From: Sphingobacteriia bacterium
GTDB taxonomy: Bacteria; Bacteroidota; Bacteroidia; Chitinophagales; Chitinophagaceae
Assembly: GCA_037129425.1 (NCBI GenBank)
Contig: JBAXUV010000010.1
Span: 25,810-89,809, forward strand
DNA length: 64,000 nt
Direction of reading: 5' to 3'
Shown: positions 21,229 through 30,500 of the stretch, one piece after another
Layout of the letters: each line of letters begins with the position of its first letter
How positions within the stretch are numbered: position 1 is the stretch's first letter
Notes under the pieces: generated by a model
The model's database searches: none
What the model was told of the DNA's origin: nothing
The model's input: the letters and a program-made list of their open reading frames with translations, nothing else
Position numbers and translations under genes: made by a program

Positions 21229-21846
21229 TTATTTCTGGATTAAAACGATTGAACCATTATTACCTGGTACAGATCCACTGATAAGGATATAGTTCTTCTC
21301 TGGAAATATTTTAACCACTTTCAAACCTTTCATTTTTACACGGTCACCGCCCATACGGCCAGCCATTCTCATTCCTTTGAATACTCTTGAAGGATAAGAA
21401 GAACCACCAATAGAACCTGGTGCACGTTGACGGTCATGCTGACCATGAGATGCTTCACCAACTCCAGAAAAACCATGGCGTTTTACAACACCCTGGAAAC
21501 CTTTTCCTTTGGTAGTACCAACAATCTCAACACTATCACCTTCTTCGAAGATGTCTAATGTTACAGTGTCTCCTAAATTCTTTTCTATTGAGTAGTTGCG
21601 AAATTCTTTTACAAATTTCTTAGCAGCAGTTTGTGCTTTAGCGTAGTGATTTAACTCGGACTTTGTAGAGTGTTTTTCTTTCTTGTCGCCGAGACCTAAT
21701 TGAACAGCAGAATAACCATCGGTCTCCTGTGTTTTAACTTGTGTAACGGTATTCGGAGCAGCTTCGATAATGGTACAAGCGGTTTGCTTGCCATCAGCAG
21801 CGAAGATGCTGGTCATGCCGATTTTTTTTCCAATAATTCCTTTCAT
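21229..21846 (-). CDS. rplC: 50S ribosomal protein L3
   Basis: 205 aa; [15 protein letters not shown] start and [13 protein letters not shown] motif. Confidence 0.98.
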   Translation of the reverse strand: MKGIIGKKIGMTSIFAADGKQTACTIIEAAPNTVTQVKTQETDGYSAVQLGLGDKKEKHSTKSELNHYAKAQTAAKKFVKEFRNYSIEKNLGDTVTLDIFEEGDSVEIVGTTKGKGFQGVVKRHGFSGVGEASHGQHDRQRAPGSIGGSSYPSRVFKGMRMAGRMGGDRVKMKGLKVVKIFPEKNYILISGSVPGNNGSIVLIQK

Positions 21847-22096
21847 CGTTTGCGGTTTATGCCCCGCATGGTTGTGAGGACATTCCGATGATGAAATCGG
21901 AATTCAATCCTTGTTTGCTACCGACCTTTTCCGTTGTTTTCTCAACAAGTTGAGAAGAGGAAGTACCAGTAGTAAACAAACCTCGAAGGGCCTGTTTATA
22001 TGTTTGTTGCTTTTCAGAGCTGCTTTCTCGTGTTATCGATTGGCAGATGATATATTATTTTATAAGAGCTATCCTCCCCTTTTGGGGTCGGGGGTG
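21847..22096 (-). other. unusually long (250 nt) hairpin-rich spacer between rpsJ and rplC
   Basis: Hairpin 1: attccgat (21882-21889) with atcggaat (21896-21903). Hairpin 2: aacaaac (21975-21981) with gtttgtt (22002-22008). Hairpin 3: tgcgg (21851-21855) with ccgca (21864-21868), 5 nt upstream of the rplC ATG. Hairpin 4: cccc/gggg (22076-22087), just after the rpsJ stop. Confidence 0.5.
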
Positions 22097-22402
22097 TTAT
22101 GCTTTGATTTCAACCTCCACTCCTGAAGGAAGATCTAACTTACTCAATGCATCTACTGTTCTAGAAGAAGAAGTGTAGATATCCAATAGACGCTTGTGCG
22201 TAGCTAATTGGAACTGCTCACGGCTCTTCTTGTTCACGTGTGGTGAACGCAAAACAGTAAAAATTCTCTTGTGTGTAGGCAAAGGAATAGGACCTGTAAC
22301 TACTGCACCTGTACTGCGTACTGTCTTTACGATCTTTTCTGCAGATTTATCTACAAGGTTGTGATCGTATGATTGTAATTTTATTCTGATTCGCTGAGAC
22401 AT
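22097..22402 (-). CDS. rpsJ: 30S ribosomal protein S10
   Basis: The track ORF starts at a TTG (22435) that lies inside the promoter box. The true start is [14 protein letters not shown] at 22402 (101 aa). Confidence 0.96.
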   Translation of the reverse strand: MSQRIRIKLQSYDHNLVDKSAEKIVKTVRSTGAVVTGPIPLPTHKRIFTVLRSPHVNKKSREQFQLATHKRLLDIYTSSSRTVDALSKLDLPSGVEVEIKA

Positions 22403-22432
22403 AGTCAAAAACCAATTTTTACGTTGGGGTTG

Positions 22433-22463
22433 CAAAGGTAAGTAGCTGCAATGGAATAGACAA
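22433..22463 (-). promoter_or_regulatory. Bacteroidota sigma-A-type promoter of the S10 operon
   Basis: The minus strand reads TTG (22463-22461), a 20-nt spacer, then TACCTTTG (22440-22433), 30 nt upstream of the rpsJ ATG. Confidence 0.55.
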
Positions 22464-22689
22464 GTTTTTATTGTTTTTTTTCGGTCTTTTTTTAGGAATT
22501 GCTAAAATAAATCAATAAAAAAGACTTCACCCCTAATAATGGACCCTAAAATTCAATTTGTATAACAAATATCTTTAATGTAAAATCAAAGGATTTGCAA
22601 ATAATTGGGTATTTCACTGAAAGAGAAATTGCTCAAAAGTTTAGTTGCTGCAAATCTTTTAGTGCAGTGGCCAATTCTAATCGACGTAA

Positions 22690-22730
22690 AAACAAAAACT
22701 CCTCTCTTTCACTGAAAGAGAGGAGTTTTA
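22690..22730 (-). terminator. intrinsic terminator after fusA
   Basis: 13-bp stem actcctctctttc (22698-22710) with gaaagagaggagt (22715-22727). On the minus strand it is followed by ttttgttttt. Confidence 0.75.
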
Positions 22731-22752
22731 CTATACTTAGTATTTCTTATCA

Positions 22753-24903
22753 TCAGTCCTCTATCTTCACCTTACCCTTGCTCTTAGCAATGATCTCTTC
22801 TGCCACGTTATTTGGTGCAGGAGAATAGTGAGAGAATTCCATGGTTGATGTTGCACGACCAGAACTCAATGAACGTAATTGGGTTACATAACCAAACATT
22901 TCACTCAAAGGAACTTTCGCTTTGATAACCTGAAGGTTTGCACGACTGTCCATTCCTTCTAACATACCTCTACGACGGTTCAAGTCGCCGGTAACATCTC
23001 CCATGTATTGGTCTGGAGTTAACACTTCCACTTTCATGATCGGCTCTAACAATGTTGGTTTTGCTTTACGGCCAGCTTCGCGGAACCCGCCCTTTGCACA
23101 TAATTCAAAACTCATTGCATCAGAATCCACATCATGGTAGCTTCCATCAAACACACGAACTTTCATGTTATTTACTGGATAACCAGCCAATACTCCTGTT
23201 GTCATTGAAGTTTCAAAACCTTTCTGAATAGCAGGAACAAATTCTTTAGGGATAGATCCACCAAATAAATCATTCACAAACTGGAAATGTTTTCCTTCAT
23301 TTGTTTTCATCCACTCTTCATCTGCAGGTCCGATTTCAAATTGAATATCGGCAAACTTACCACGACCACCAGACTGTTTCTTCAACACTTCTCTATGTTC
23401 AACGGTCTTACCAAATGATTCTTTATAAGCAACCTGAGGAGCTCCTTGGTTTACTTCTACTTTAAATTCTCTGCGCATACGATCGATGATGATCTCTAAG
23501 TGCAATTCACCCATTCCACGAAGAATGGTCTGACCAGTATCTTCATCAGTATTTACACGCAAAGTAGGATCTTCTTCTACCAATTTAGCGATTGCCATTC
23601 CCATTTTATCAACGTCTGCTTGAGTTTTAGGCTCAACAGCTATGGCGATAACTGGTTCTGGAATAAACATATTCTCCAAAGTAATTGGATGTTTTTCATC
23701 ACATAAAGTATCTCCGGTTTTAATTTCCTTGAAACCTACTGCTGCTGCAATATCTCCTGCTTCAATGAAATCAATTGGGTTTTGCTTATTAGCAAACATC
23801 TTCATGATACGGCTGATACGCTCTTTCTTACCACTTCTTACATTCAATACATAAGAACCAGCATCTAAGTGACCAGAGTAACAACGGAAGAATGCCAAAC
23901 GACCTACGAAAGGATCAGTCATGATTTTGAAAGCCAAAGCAGCAAATGGTGCTTTTGGATCTGGCTTACGTGTAATAGTTTCTCCAGTTTCAGGATCTGT
24001 ACCTACTGTATCTTCCAAATCAATTGGAGAAGGCAGGTAACGACAAACCGCATCTAAAGCAGTTTGCACTCCTTTATTTTTGAAAGAAGAACCACACATC
24101 ATCGGAACAATGCTCAAATCGATACACGCTTTACGAATTGCTTCGTGAACTTCTTCTTCAGAAATGGTATCTGGATTATCGAAGAATTTCTCCATCAAAT
24201 TATCGTCGTATTCTGCAACAGCTTCTATCAAATTCTGTCTCCAGAAATTAACATCTTCCATCATTTCAGCAGGAACAGGAATTTCATCGAAAGTCATCCC
24301 TTCGGTTTCCATATGCCAGATGATACCTTTCATCTTAATCAAATCTACCACACCAGTAAAATTATCTTCAGCACCAATTGGTAATTGCAAAGGCACAGCC
24401 TTAGCACCCAACATTTCTTTTACTTGGTTTACTACCATTAAGAAATCAGCACCTGCACGGTCCATTTTATTTACGAAACCGATACGTGGAACCTTATAAC
24501 GATTTGCTTGACGCCAAACAGTTTCAGACTGAGGTTCAACCCCATCTACTGCAGAAAATAAAGCGATCAAACCATCCAATACACGCATTGAACGTTCTAC
24601 TTCTACAGTAAAATCCACGTGACCTGGAGTATCAATAATATTGAAGTAGTAAGACTTTGTATTTGCATCGTCCTTTCCCTTATTGGTAGGAAATTTCCAT
24701 GCACAGCTTACAGCGGCTGAAGTAATGGTAATACCTCTTTCTTTTTCTTGCTCCATCCAGTCGGTTGTAGCAGCACCATCATGTACTTCACCAATCTTAT
24801 GAATCATACCTGTATAACGCAGGATACGCTCAGTGGTGGTGGTTTTACCGGCATCAATGTGGGCGGCAATACCAAAGTTTCTTTGAAATTTCAAGTCAGC
24901 CAT
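22753..24903 (-). CDS. fusA: translation elongation factor G
   Basis: 716 aa with GTPase motifs [14 protein letters not shown] and NKMD, and full-length EF-G domain order. Confidence 0.98.
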   Translation of the reverse strand: MADLKFQRNFGIAAHIDAGKTTTTERILRYTGMIHKIGEVHDGAATTDWMEQEKERGITITSAAVSCAWKFPTNKGKDDANTKSYYFNIIDTPGHVDFTVEVERSMRVLDGLIALFSAVDGVEPQSETVWRQANRYKVPRIGFVNKMDRAGADFLMVVNQVKEMLGAKAVPLQLPIGAEDNFTGVVDLIKMKGIIWHMETEGMTFDEIPVPAEMMEDVNFWRQNLIEAVAEYDDNLMEKFFDNPDTISEEEVHEAIRKACIDLSIVPMMCGSSFKNKGVQTALDAVCRYLPSPIDLEDTVGTDPETGETITRKPDPKAPFAALAFKIMTDPFVGRLAFFRCYSGHLDAGSYVLNVRSGKKERISRIMKMFANKQNPIDFIEAGDIAAAVGFKEIKTGDTLCDEKHPITLENMFIPEPVIAIAVEPKTQADVDKMGMAIAKLVEEDPTLRVNTDEDTGQTILRGMGELHLEIIIDRMRREFKVEVNQGAPQVAYKESFGKTVEHREVLKKQSGGRGKFADIQFEIGPADEEWMKTNEGKHFQFVNDLFGGSIPKEFVPAIQKGFETSMTTGVLAGYPVNNMKVRVFDGSYHDVDSDAMSFELCAKGGFREAGRKAKPTLLEPIMKVEVLTPDQYMGDVTGDLNRRRGMLEGMDSRANLQVIKAKVPLSEMFGYVTQLRSLSSGRATSTMEFSHYSPAPNNVAEEIIAKSKGKVKIED

Positions 24904-24929
24904 AAAGAGTTCTTATTTTTTAGAGGCGG

Positions 24930-24958
24930 CAAAGGTACACATTCTCTACTTTCTACAA
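24930..24958 (-). promoter_or_regulatory. promoter of fusA
   Basis: The minus strand reads TTG (24958-24956), an 18-nt spacer, then TACCTTTGCCGCC (box 24937-24930), 26 nt upstream of the ATG. Confidence 0.5.
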
Positions 24959-25007
24959 AGGGTTGTTGAAGATTTAATTTGGATGGGGAAAACTCTTATA
25001 CATATAA

Positions 25008-25045
25008 CAAAAAAAATGATCCTAGGCACCAGCGCTTAGGATCAT
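25008..25045 (-). terminator. intrinsic terminator after the 188-aa secreted-protein gene
   Basis: Stem atgatccta (25016-25024) with taggatcat (25037-25045). On the minus strand it is followed by a T8 run. Confidence 0.6.
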
Positions 25046-25064
25046 CTAATAGGCGATTAACCGA

Positions 25065-25631
25065 TTATTTCATTGCATTTATTTTCGTTACAGATTCAGC
25101 CAACTTGCTATAATCTGTTTGATTGTTTTTAATAGCAGCCAAGATGGTTGCATTGTTCGCAAACACTTGCTCAGCAACGGTTTTGTAGTTTTCAGCGGTG
25201 ATATGATAAAATCCATCACTAGCAATTTGTTGTAAATAATAGTCATTGATCTTTCCAGTTACTGCCACAGTTGTTAAAGGCTGGCTTCCATTGTAATAAA
25301 TTTTACCATTGTTATCGGTTACTTTTTGCAAAAGGTTCAATTTAGCACCTGTAACCATTACTTTGTAAAAATCTCCTGAATAGCTGATGTATTGCTCCCC
25401 GTTCATTTCAAAACCTTGAATGTCATTGGGTGTATAGGGTGTTTTTTTGCCATTTGACGCTGCAAACACAATTAAGCCCCTCTGCTTAAATTGCTGTTTT
25501 ACTGTACCAACTGTTTTTTCATTCGAAAAGCTGGTAAAAGAACCAGGTAAAAAATCGGTTGTATTTGTTTGTGCAAATACAGTTATTGCAAAAAACAAAG
25601 CAATAACAAGGGAAAATGCTGTCTTTTTCAT
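25065..25631 (-). CDS. hypothetical secreted protein (188 aa)
   Basis: Signal peptide MKKTAFSLVIALFFAITVFAQ; I recognise no family. It lies downstream of the TetR gene and carries the same operator-like box upstream. Confidence 0.7.
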   Translation of the reverse strand: MKKTAFSLVIALFFAITVFAQTNTTDFLPGSFTSFSNEKTVGTVKQQFKQRGLIVFAASNGKKTPYTPNDIQGFEMNGEQYISYSGDFYKVMVTGAKLNLLQKVTDNNGKIYYNGSQPLTTVAVTGKINDYYLQQIASDGFYHITAENYKTVAEQVFANNATILAAIKNNQTDYSKLAESVTKINAMK

Positions 25632-25657
25632 GATGGTTGATTTTGTGGTTTATAATT

Positions 25658-25679
25658 ATACTTACTAATAAGTAAGTAT
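25658..25679. promoter_or_regulatory. putative TetR operator 1 (palindrome atacttact-aata-agtaagtat)
   Basis: 9-bp perfect inverted arms. It contains the 16-mer tacttactaataagta (25659-25674), which recurs upstream of the TetR gene. It lies 28-43 nt upstream of the ATG at 25631. Confidence 0.55.
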
Positions 25680-25694
25680 ATTGGTTAAAAAAAA

Positions 25695-26267
25695 TTATTT
25701 TTTGATTTGATCCAATAAGGCTTTTACAATTTCATTAAAATCATTCTTTCCGGTGATTCTGGCCAATTGAACCCCAGCTGCTAAATTGGTCATGATCAAT
25801 AATGATTTGGTCTTTGGTTCTTCGCTAAAAGTCAACTCCCCTTTGGCTCTGCCGTCTGCTAAGGTTTGAGCGACCATGTTGATGACCAAGTCAATTAATT
25901 TCAATACTTTTTCCCTGACAGATTTGGGTAAGGTATTGTAATCAGATGCAACAGAACCAATAATACAAATACTTTTCTGGTCAATTAGTACAGAATACTT
26001 CTCAATAAATAATGAAAGCTTTTGCAAAGAACTAATTGGGGCTGCTATCAGTTGCTTTCCCAGGTGCTGGTATTCTTCTATATATGTATCAATTACACCC
26101 AATAACAAATCTTCTTTTGCCGGATAGTGATAGTGAATAGCAGCATTCTTAATATTCAATTGCTGGGCAATATCCGCATAGCTAAATGCATTGTACCCCA
26201 ATTGCCTCATCAAATCTTTAGCGATTGTAAGAATTGCTGTTTTCGTATCTATTGATTTTTCTAACAT
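25695..26267 (-). CDS. TetR/AcrR family transcriptional regulator
   Basis: 190 aa. N-terminal HTH (TAILTIAKDLMRQLGYNAFSYADIAQQLNIKNAAIHYHYPAKEDL) is typical of TetR_N. Confidence 0.88.
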   Translation of the reverse strand: MLEKSIDTKTAILTIAKDLMRQLGYNAFSYADIAQQLNIKNAAIHYHYPAKEDLLLGVIDTYIEEYQHLGKQLIAAPISSLQKLSLFIEKYSVLIDQKSICIIGSVASDYNTLPKSVREKVLKLIDLVINMVAQTLADGRAKGELTFSEEPKTKSLLIMTNLAAGVQLARITGKNDFNEIVKALLDQIKK

Positions 26268-26279
26268 AAAAGTAATACT

Positions 26280-26295
26280 TACTTACTAATAAGTA
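26280..26295. promoter_or_regulatory. putative TetR operator 2 (autoregulatory)
   Basis: Identical 16-mer tacttactaataagta, 13-28 nt upstream of the TetR ATG (26267). Confidence 0.55.
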
Positions 26296-26338
26296 TAATT
26301 ATTTCTTGATTATTTTTTCAAATCTATTCAATTTAAGG

Positions 26339-26365
26339 CAAAAAAAAGTCCCGATTACTCGGGAC
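26339..26365 (-). terminator. intrinsic terminator after rpsG
   Basis: Stem gtcccga (26348-26354) with tcgggac (26359-26365). On the minus strand it is followed by a T8 run. Confidence 0.7.
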
Positions 26366-26397
26366 CCTATATAAACTGTTAGTTTTTGACTTGTTTT

Positions 26398-26865
26398 TTA
26401 AACCTTAAAGTGAGAGAAAGCTTTGTTTGCTTCTGCCATACGGTGTGTATCTTCTTTCTTTTTGAAAGCAGCACCTTCACCTTTTGCAGCTGCCATGATC
26501 TCACTAGACAACTTGTCGGCCATAGTTCTACCATTTCTTTCACGGCTGTAGCGGATTAACCACTTCATACTTAAAGAAATTTTACGATCTGCACGAACTT
26601 CAGCAGGAATTTGGAAGGTAGCACCACCAATTCTTCTACTTCTTACTTCAACAGCTGGTGTAACGTTGGCAATTGCCTTTTTCCAGATCTCATAACCATC
26701 TTCTCCTGTTGCTTTAGATACTTTATCTACTGCATCATAGAAAATGTTGATTGCTGTACTTTTTTTACCATCCCACATCAAATTATTGATGAATCTGGTA
26801 ACTAATTTGTCGTTGAAACGACCATCTGGTGCTAAGGGTAACTTTTTCGCTTGTGCTTTACGCAT
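26398..26865 (-). CDS. rpsG: 30S ribosomal protein S7
   Basis: 155 aa; MRKAQAKK start and VEVRSRRIGGATFQIP motif. Confidence 0.98.
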   Translation of the reverse strand: MRKAQAKKLPLAPDGRFNDKLVTRFINNLMWDGKKSTAINIFYDAVDKVSKATGEDGYEIWKKAIANVTPAVEVRSRRIGGATFQIPAEVRADRKISLSMKWLIRYSRERNGRTMADKLSSEIMAAAKGEGAAFKKKEDTHRMAEANKAFSHFKV

Positions 26866-26934
26866 TGTTTAATTTTTAAATTAAGCTGAAATTCTTCAAG
26901 TATTAAAACTTTACTCAGCTTAAATGATGAAATA

Positions 26935-27315
26935 CTATTTCTTGGCTTTTACTTTCTTGGTACCATATTTAGAACGGCTCTGCTTACGGTCTTTAACACC
27001 TGCAGTATCCAAACTTCCACGAACAATATGGTAACGTACTCCTGGCAAATCTTTTACACGACCTCCGCGGATTAACACGATAGAGTGCTCTTGTAAATTA
27101 TGCCCCTCTCCAGGGATATAAGCAATCACTTCGATTTTGTTTGTTAAACGCACTTTAGCCACTTTACGCAAGGCTGAGTTTGGTTTTTTAGGAGTGGTAG
27201 TGTACACACGTGTACAAACACCACGACGCTGAGGACATGCATCCAAAGCTCTTGACTTACTCTTAGCCCTGATTATTTCGCGGCCTTTTCTAACTAATTG
27301 CTGTATTGTAGGCAT
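26935..27315 (-). CDS. rpsL: 30S ribosomal protein S12
   Basis: The true start is [13 protein letters not shown] at 27315; the track extension to 27366 runs through the promoter box. [12 protein letters not shown] motif present. Confidence 0.97.
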   Translation of the reverse strand: MPTIQQLVRKGREIIRAKSKSRALDACPQRRGVCTRVYTTTPKKPNSALRKVAKVRLTNKIEVIAYIPGEGHNLQEHSIVLIRGGRVKDLPGVRYHIVRGSLDTAGVKDRKQSRSKYGTKKVKAKK

Positions 27316-27341
27316 TATAAACCATTTAAAATTTCGGACGG

Positions 27342-27371
27342 CAAAGGTAATGGCCAAAAACGACAATCCAA
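27342..27371 (-). promoter_or_regulatory. promoter of rpsL-rpsG
   Basis: The minus strand reads TTG (27371-27369), a 19-nt spacer, then TACCTTTGCCG (box 27349-27342), 26 nt upstream of the ATG. Confidence 0.55.
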
Positions 27372-27502
27372 AATGTTTTTAACACAAAAAGTAGAAATTC
27401 CTTTGTTTCGCCCGTTTTATAACCCAATTTCATCCCTTCCTTTGGCAAAATAGAGATTCTCTATTTATTTTGATTTTGTACCCCGCAGCAGACCAATACC
27501 CT

Positions 27503-30500
27503 ATGAAACTGTCCTTTTATGCCCTTTTGATGGGCTTTCTCGCCTATACCCATATGGCTATTAGCCAGTCATTGACTGGAATAAACTATAGCACTCAAAA
27601 TACAGTCTATACACAAAATTTTGATGGATTACCCAGTTCTGGAACTTTCACACTGGTTGGAAAAGGTCCTACCGCATTGAGTAACCCTCCAATTAATGGG
27701 GTGAATTTAACGGGCTGGCAGTTTTTAATGGCGAGTGGAAGTGGAACCAATGCTGGTTTTGTAGTCGGTACTGGATCCGGAACCGGTAGCAGTATATACA
27801 GTTATGGATTGTCCAATGCAACAGATAGAACTTTAGGAATGTTGGCCTCCAGCACCGGAATATATTCCATAGGAATTGTATTAACCAATACCACGGGAAT
27901 TACTTTAAACACAGCAACTATTTCTTTTATTGCCAAACAATGGAGAAAGGGAGGATCAGGAAATAAAAATACCTGGAAGTGTAAGTACAAAACTGGTTCA
28001 TTTAATTCAATTGATCAATCCAATTTAGTGGATGAACCAATGCTCAACTTTAGTTCAGTCCAAACAAGTACAGGAACTGCCACATTGAATGGAAATCTAT
28101 CAGAAAATCAAACAACAATTAATTACACACTTCAAAATATTCAATGGAAAAATGGTGAGCAACTATTAATCAGGTGGGACGATGCTGATGAAGTTGGAAG
28201 TGATGACGCAATGGGGATCGATCAATTTAGTTTTTCGGCCAAATACAATACTCCAAATCCATTTCCAATTAACGATATTCAAAGCTTAGCAAATAACCCT
28301 ACGAATGCAGACACCATTCAATATGCGATTAAACTGGGAGGAAATACAAGTGGTTTAAGCACTGCCAATTTTCAATTAAAATCAAATGGGATGCTAGATG
28401 CAAAATTGGTGTCCATTTCGGGAACGGGAAATGAATATACTGCAACTATTTATACAGGAAAAGGAGAGGGATATATTCAACTAGGAATTGTAAATGATGA
28501 AAACCTTATTCCTGGCTTACAAGGCCTCCCCTATTTTGATATTGATACACAATGGATCGATAAAATAGGACCGATCATTAAAAAATTATCTATCCCAAAT
28601 CAATTGATGAGGGGCGGTGATACTGTACCAGTTTTAATATATGTAAATCCAGCAAAAACAACCTGCAAATTGTTTCAAGGAAATATTAATAATTATGTAA
28701 TTCAACCAATCAAAAAAGAAACAGATTCTACCTATAGCAGCTACTTTATTATACCAACAAACGGAACAGATATTCTAGCGAAAGATCCTATTCCATTATC
28801 TATAATTTTGCAAGATAGTTTAGGAAATAAAAGTGATGTGTACAATTTACCAATCGAGCAAAACAATGATGCGATTGATTTTAATAAACCCGTACAAATT
28901 TCATTTAACTGCATATCCGATTCCCTTTTAAAAGCTGGTGATACATTGAAATTGGTCATACAATTTAATGAGCCTGTTAATCTTGATATAAACTCTCCTA
29001 CTAATTTTATACCAGTAACTATTGGTAGCAGAGTTAAAAATGTGCAATTTGCTATCGGCAATAATACTTCCGCTTTACAATTTCATTATACTATTCAAGC
29101 CGGAGAAACAGATAAAGATGGAATTAGAATTGCCTCCTCCTTTTCTACTAAAAATCTATTGATCAAAGATATTGCAGGAAACGCAGCAAATTTATCGATT
29201 CAATCGGGGCCTATTCAACATATAAAAGTAGATGCGATAGCTCCTGAATTCACCAATCCAAAAGATACCAGTATTACCGTTTGTGCTTCGAATTCAAAAA
29301 TGCCTATCAACGAAATACTCAAAGTGAATAATAAAGAAACAGATGAATTATTAACTTGGCGAGTAGTAAGCCCACCAAAAGCTTTACTGCTCAATAAATT
29401 GAATCATCAACAAAGTAGTTCAGCTTCGAGTATTACACCGATAGATTTTTTTGTTGAGAATCCGGAATCTTACAAAGGTATCGACTCTGCCAGTTTTAGT
29501 TTATCAGATGGTATAAATGTGGTAGTCAAAAAAATCTATTTCAATTCAATTTCCATTGAATCAATTAATAGCATTCAATCGAATCAGGAAATTTGTATTG
29601 GAACAATCCCTACTATACTTACTGGAACAATTAAATCTAACAAAGACAGCGCCGCTGTTTATTTGTGGGAGCAAAGTACTACTAATGATAGCACAGGATT
29701 TACACCGGCCAGTGGCAAGAACAATGAATTCAATTATCAACCAACTGCTCAATCCAGAGCAAGTTGGTGGAGAAGAAAATTGCTTTTGAATACTTGCACC
29801 AATACTTCAAATATTGTACAAATTTCAATGGCAAAAACAAGTCTCTGGTTAGGAAAAATGAGCGTCGATTGGAATAATCCATCTAACTGGTGTGGAAATT
29901 CAATACCAGCTGATTCAGCAGATATTATAATTCCATCTAACACTAGTTATTCGCCATCAATTTCTGCTACTACGGTTAGTGGAAGAAATATTCAAATAAA
30001 TAAAGGTGCTCGATTAGTCATCAATGGAGCATTACTCATCAGTGGTAATATATCAGCAGACTCAGGAGCAATTAATGCAATAAATGGAACCATTGTTTTA
30101 AAGGGAAATGCTTTACAAAATTTGAATGGTCAGATCTTTGAAAATAACCGCATTAGTGAATTACAGATTAATAATGGATCAGGTGTAAACATTAATAATA
30201 AAGTAATCATTAGCAAAATGCTTAGTTTATCAAAAGGAACTCTTTTTACCAACAATCAATTAACCCTTAGTTACAAAGCTCAGGTTGGCTCATCTGCAAT
30301 TGGCACAGCCATTAATGGTATAGTATCTGTTGAACAAGATTTTGCGTCGATGACAAAAGGGAAATTTTTAGTTGGCCATCCATTTAACCAGTCGATATCC
30401 ATTAATCAAATTAATCAATTGCCCAATCAATTTTTTCATCTTCAAACTAGCAATCAAGACAGTAGTAATCTGCTGAAATTATGGCAACCTTTCAATATGA

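Noticed and set aside
22403-22435. N-terminal extensions of rpsJ (to 22435), rpsL (to 27366), map (to 10779) and ilvE (to 32758)
   Set aside because: The extensions begin at alternative start codons. The rpsJ and rpsL ones run through promoter boxes and the map one overlaps the secY terminator T-run. The internal Met codons match the conserved N-termini of these proteins.
24064-24499. Antisense ORFs within fusA, and many similar ones inside ribosomal protein genes, secY, pyrG, purL and the T9SS genes
   Set aside because: All lie opposite or out of frame to genes with unmistakable conserved products. Their translations are compositionally odd (Cys/Phe/Ile-rich) and no promoter or family signal supports them.
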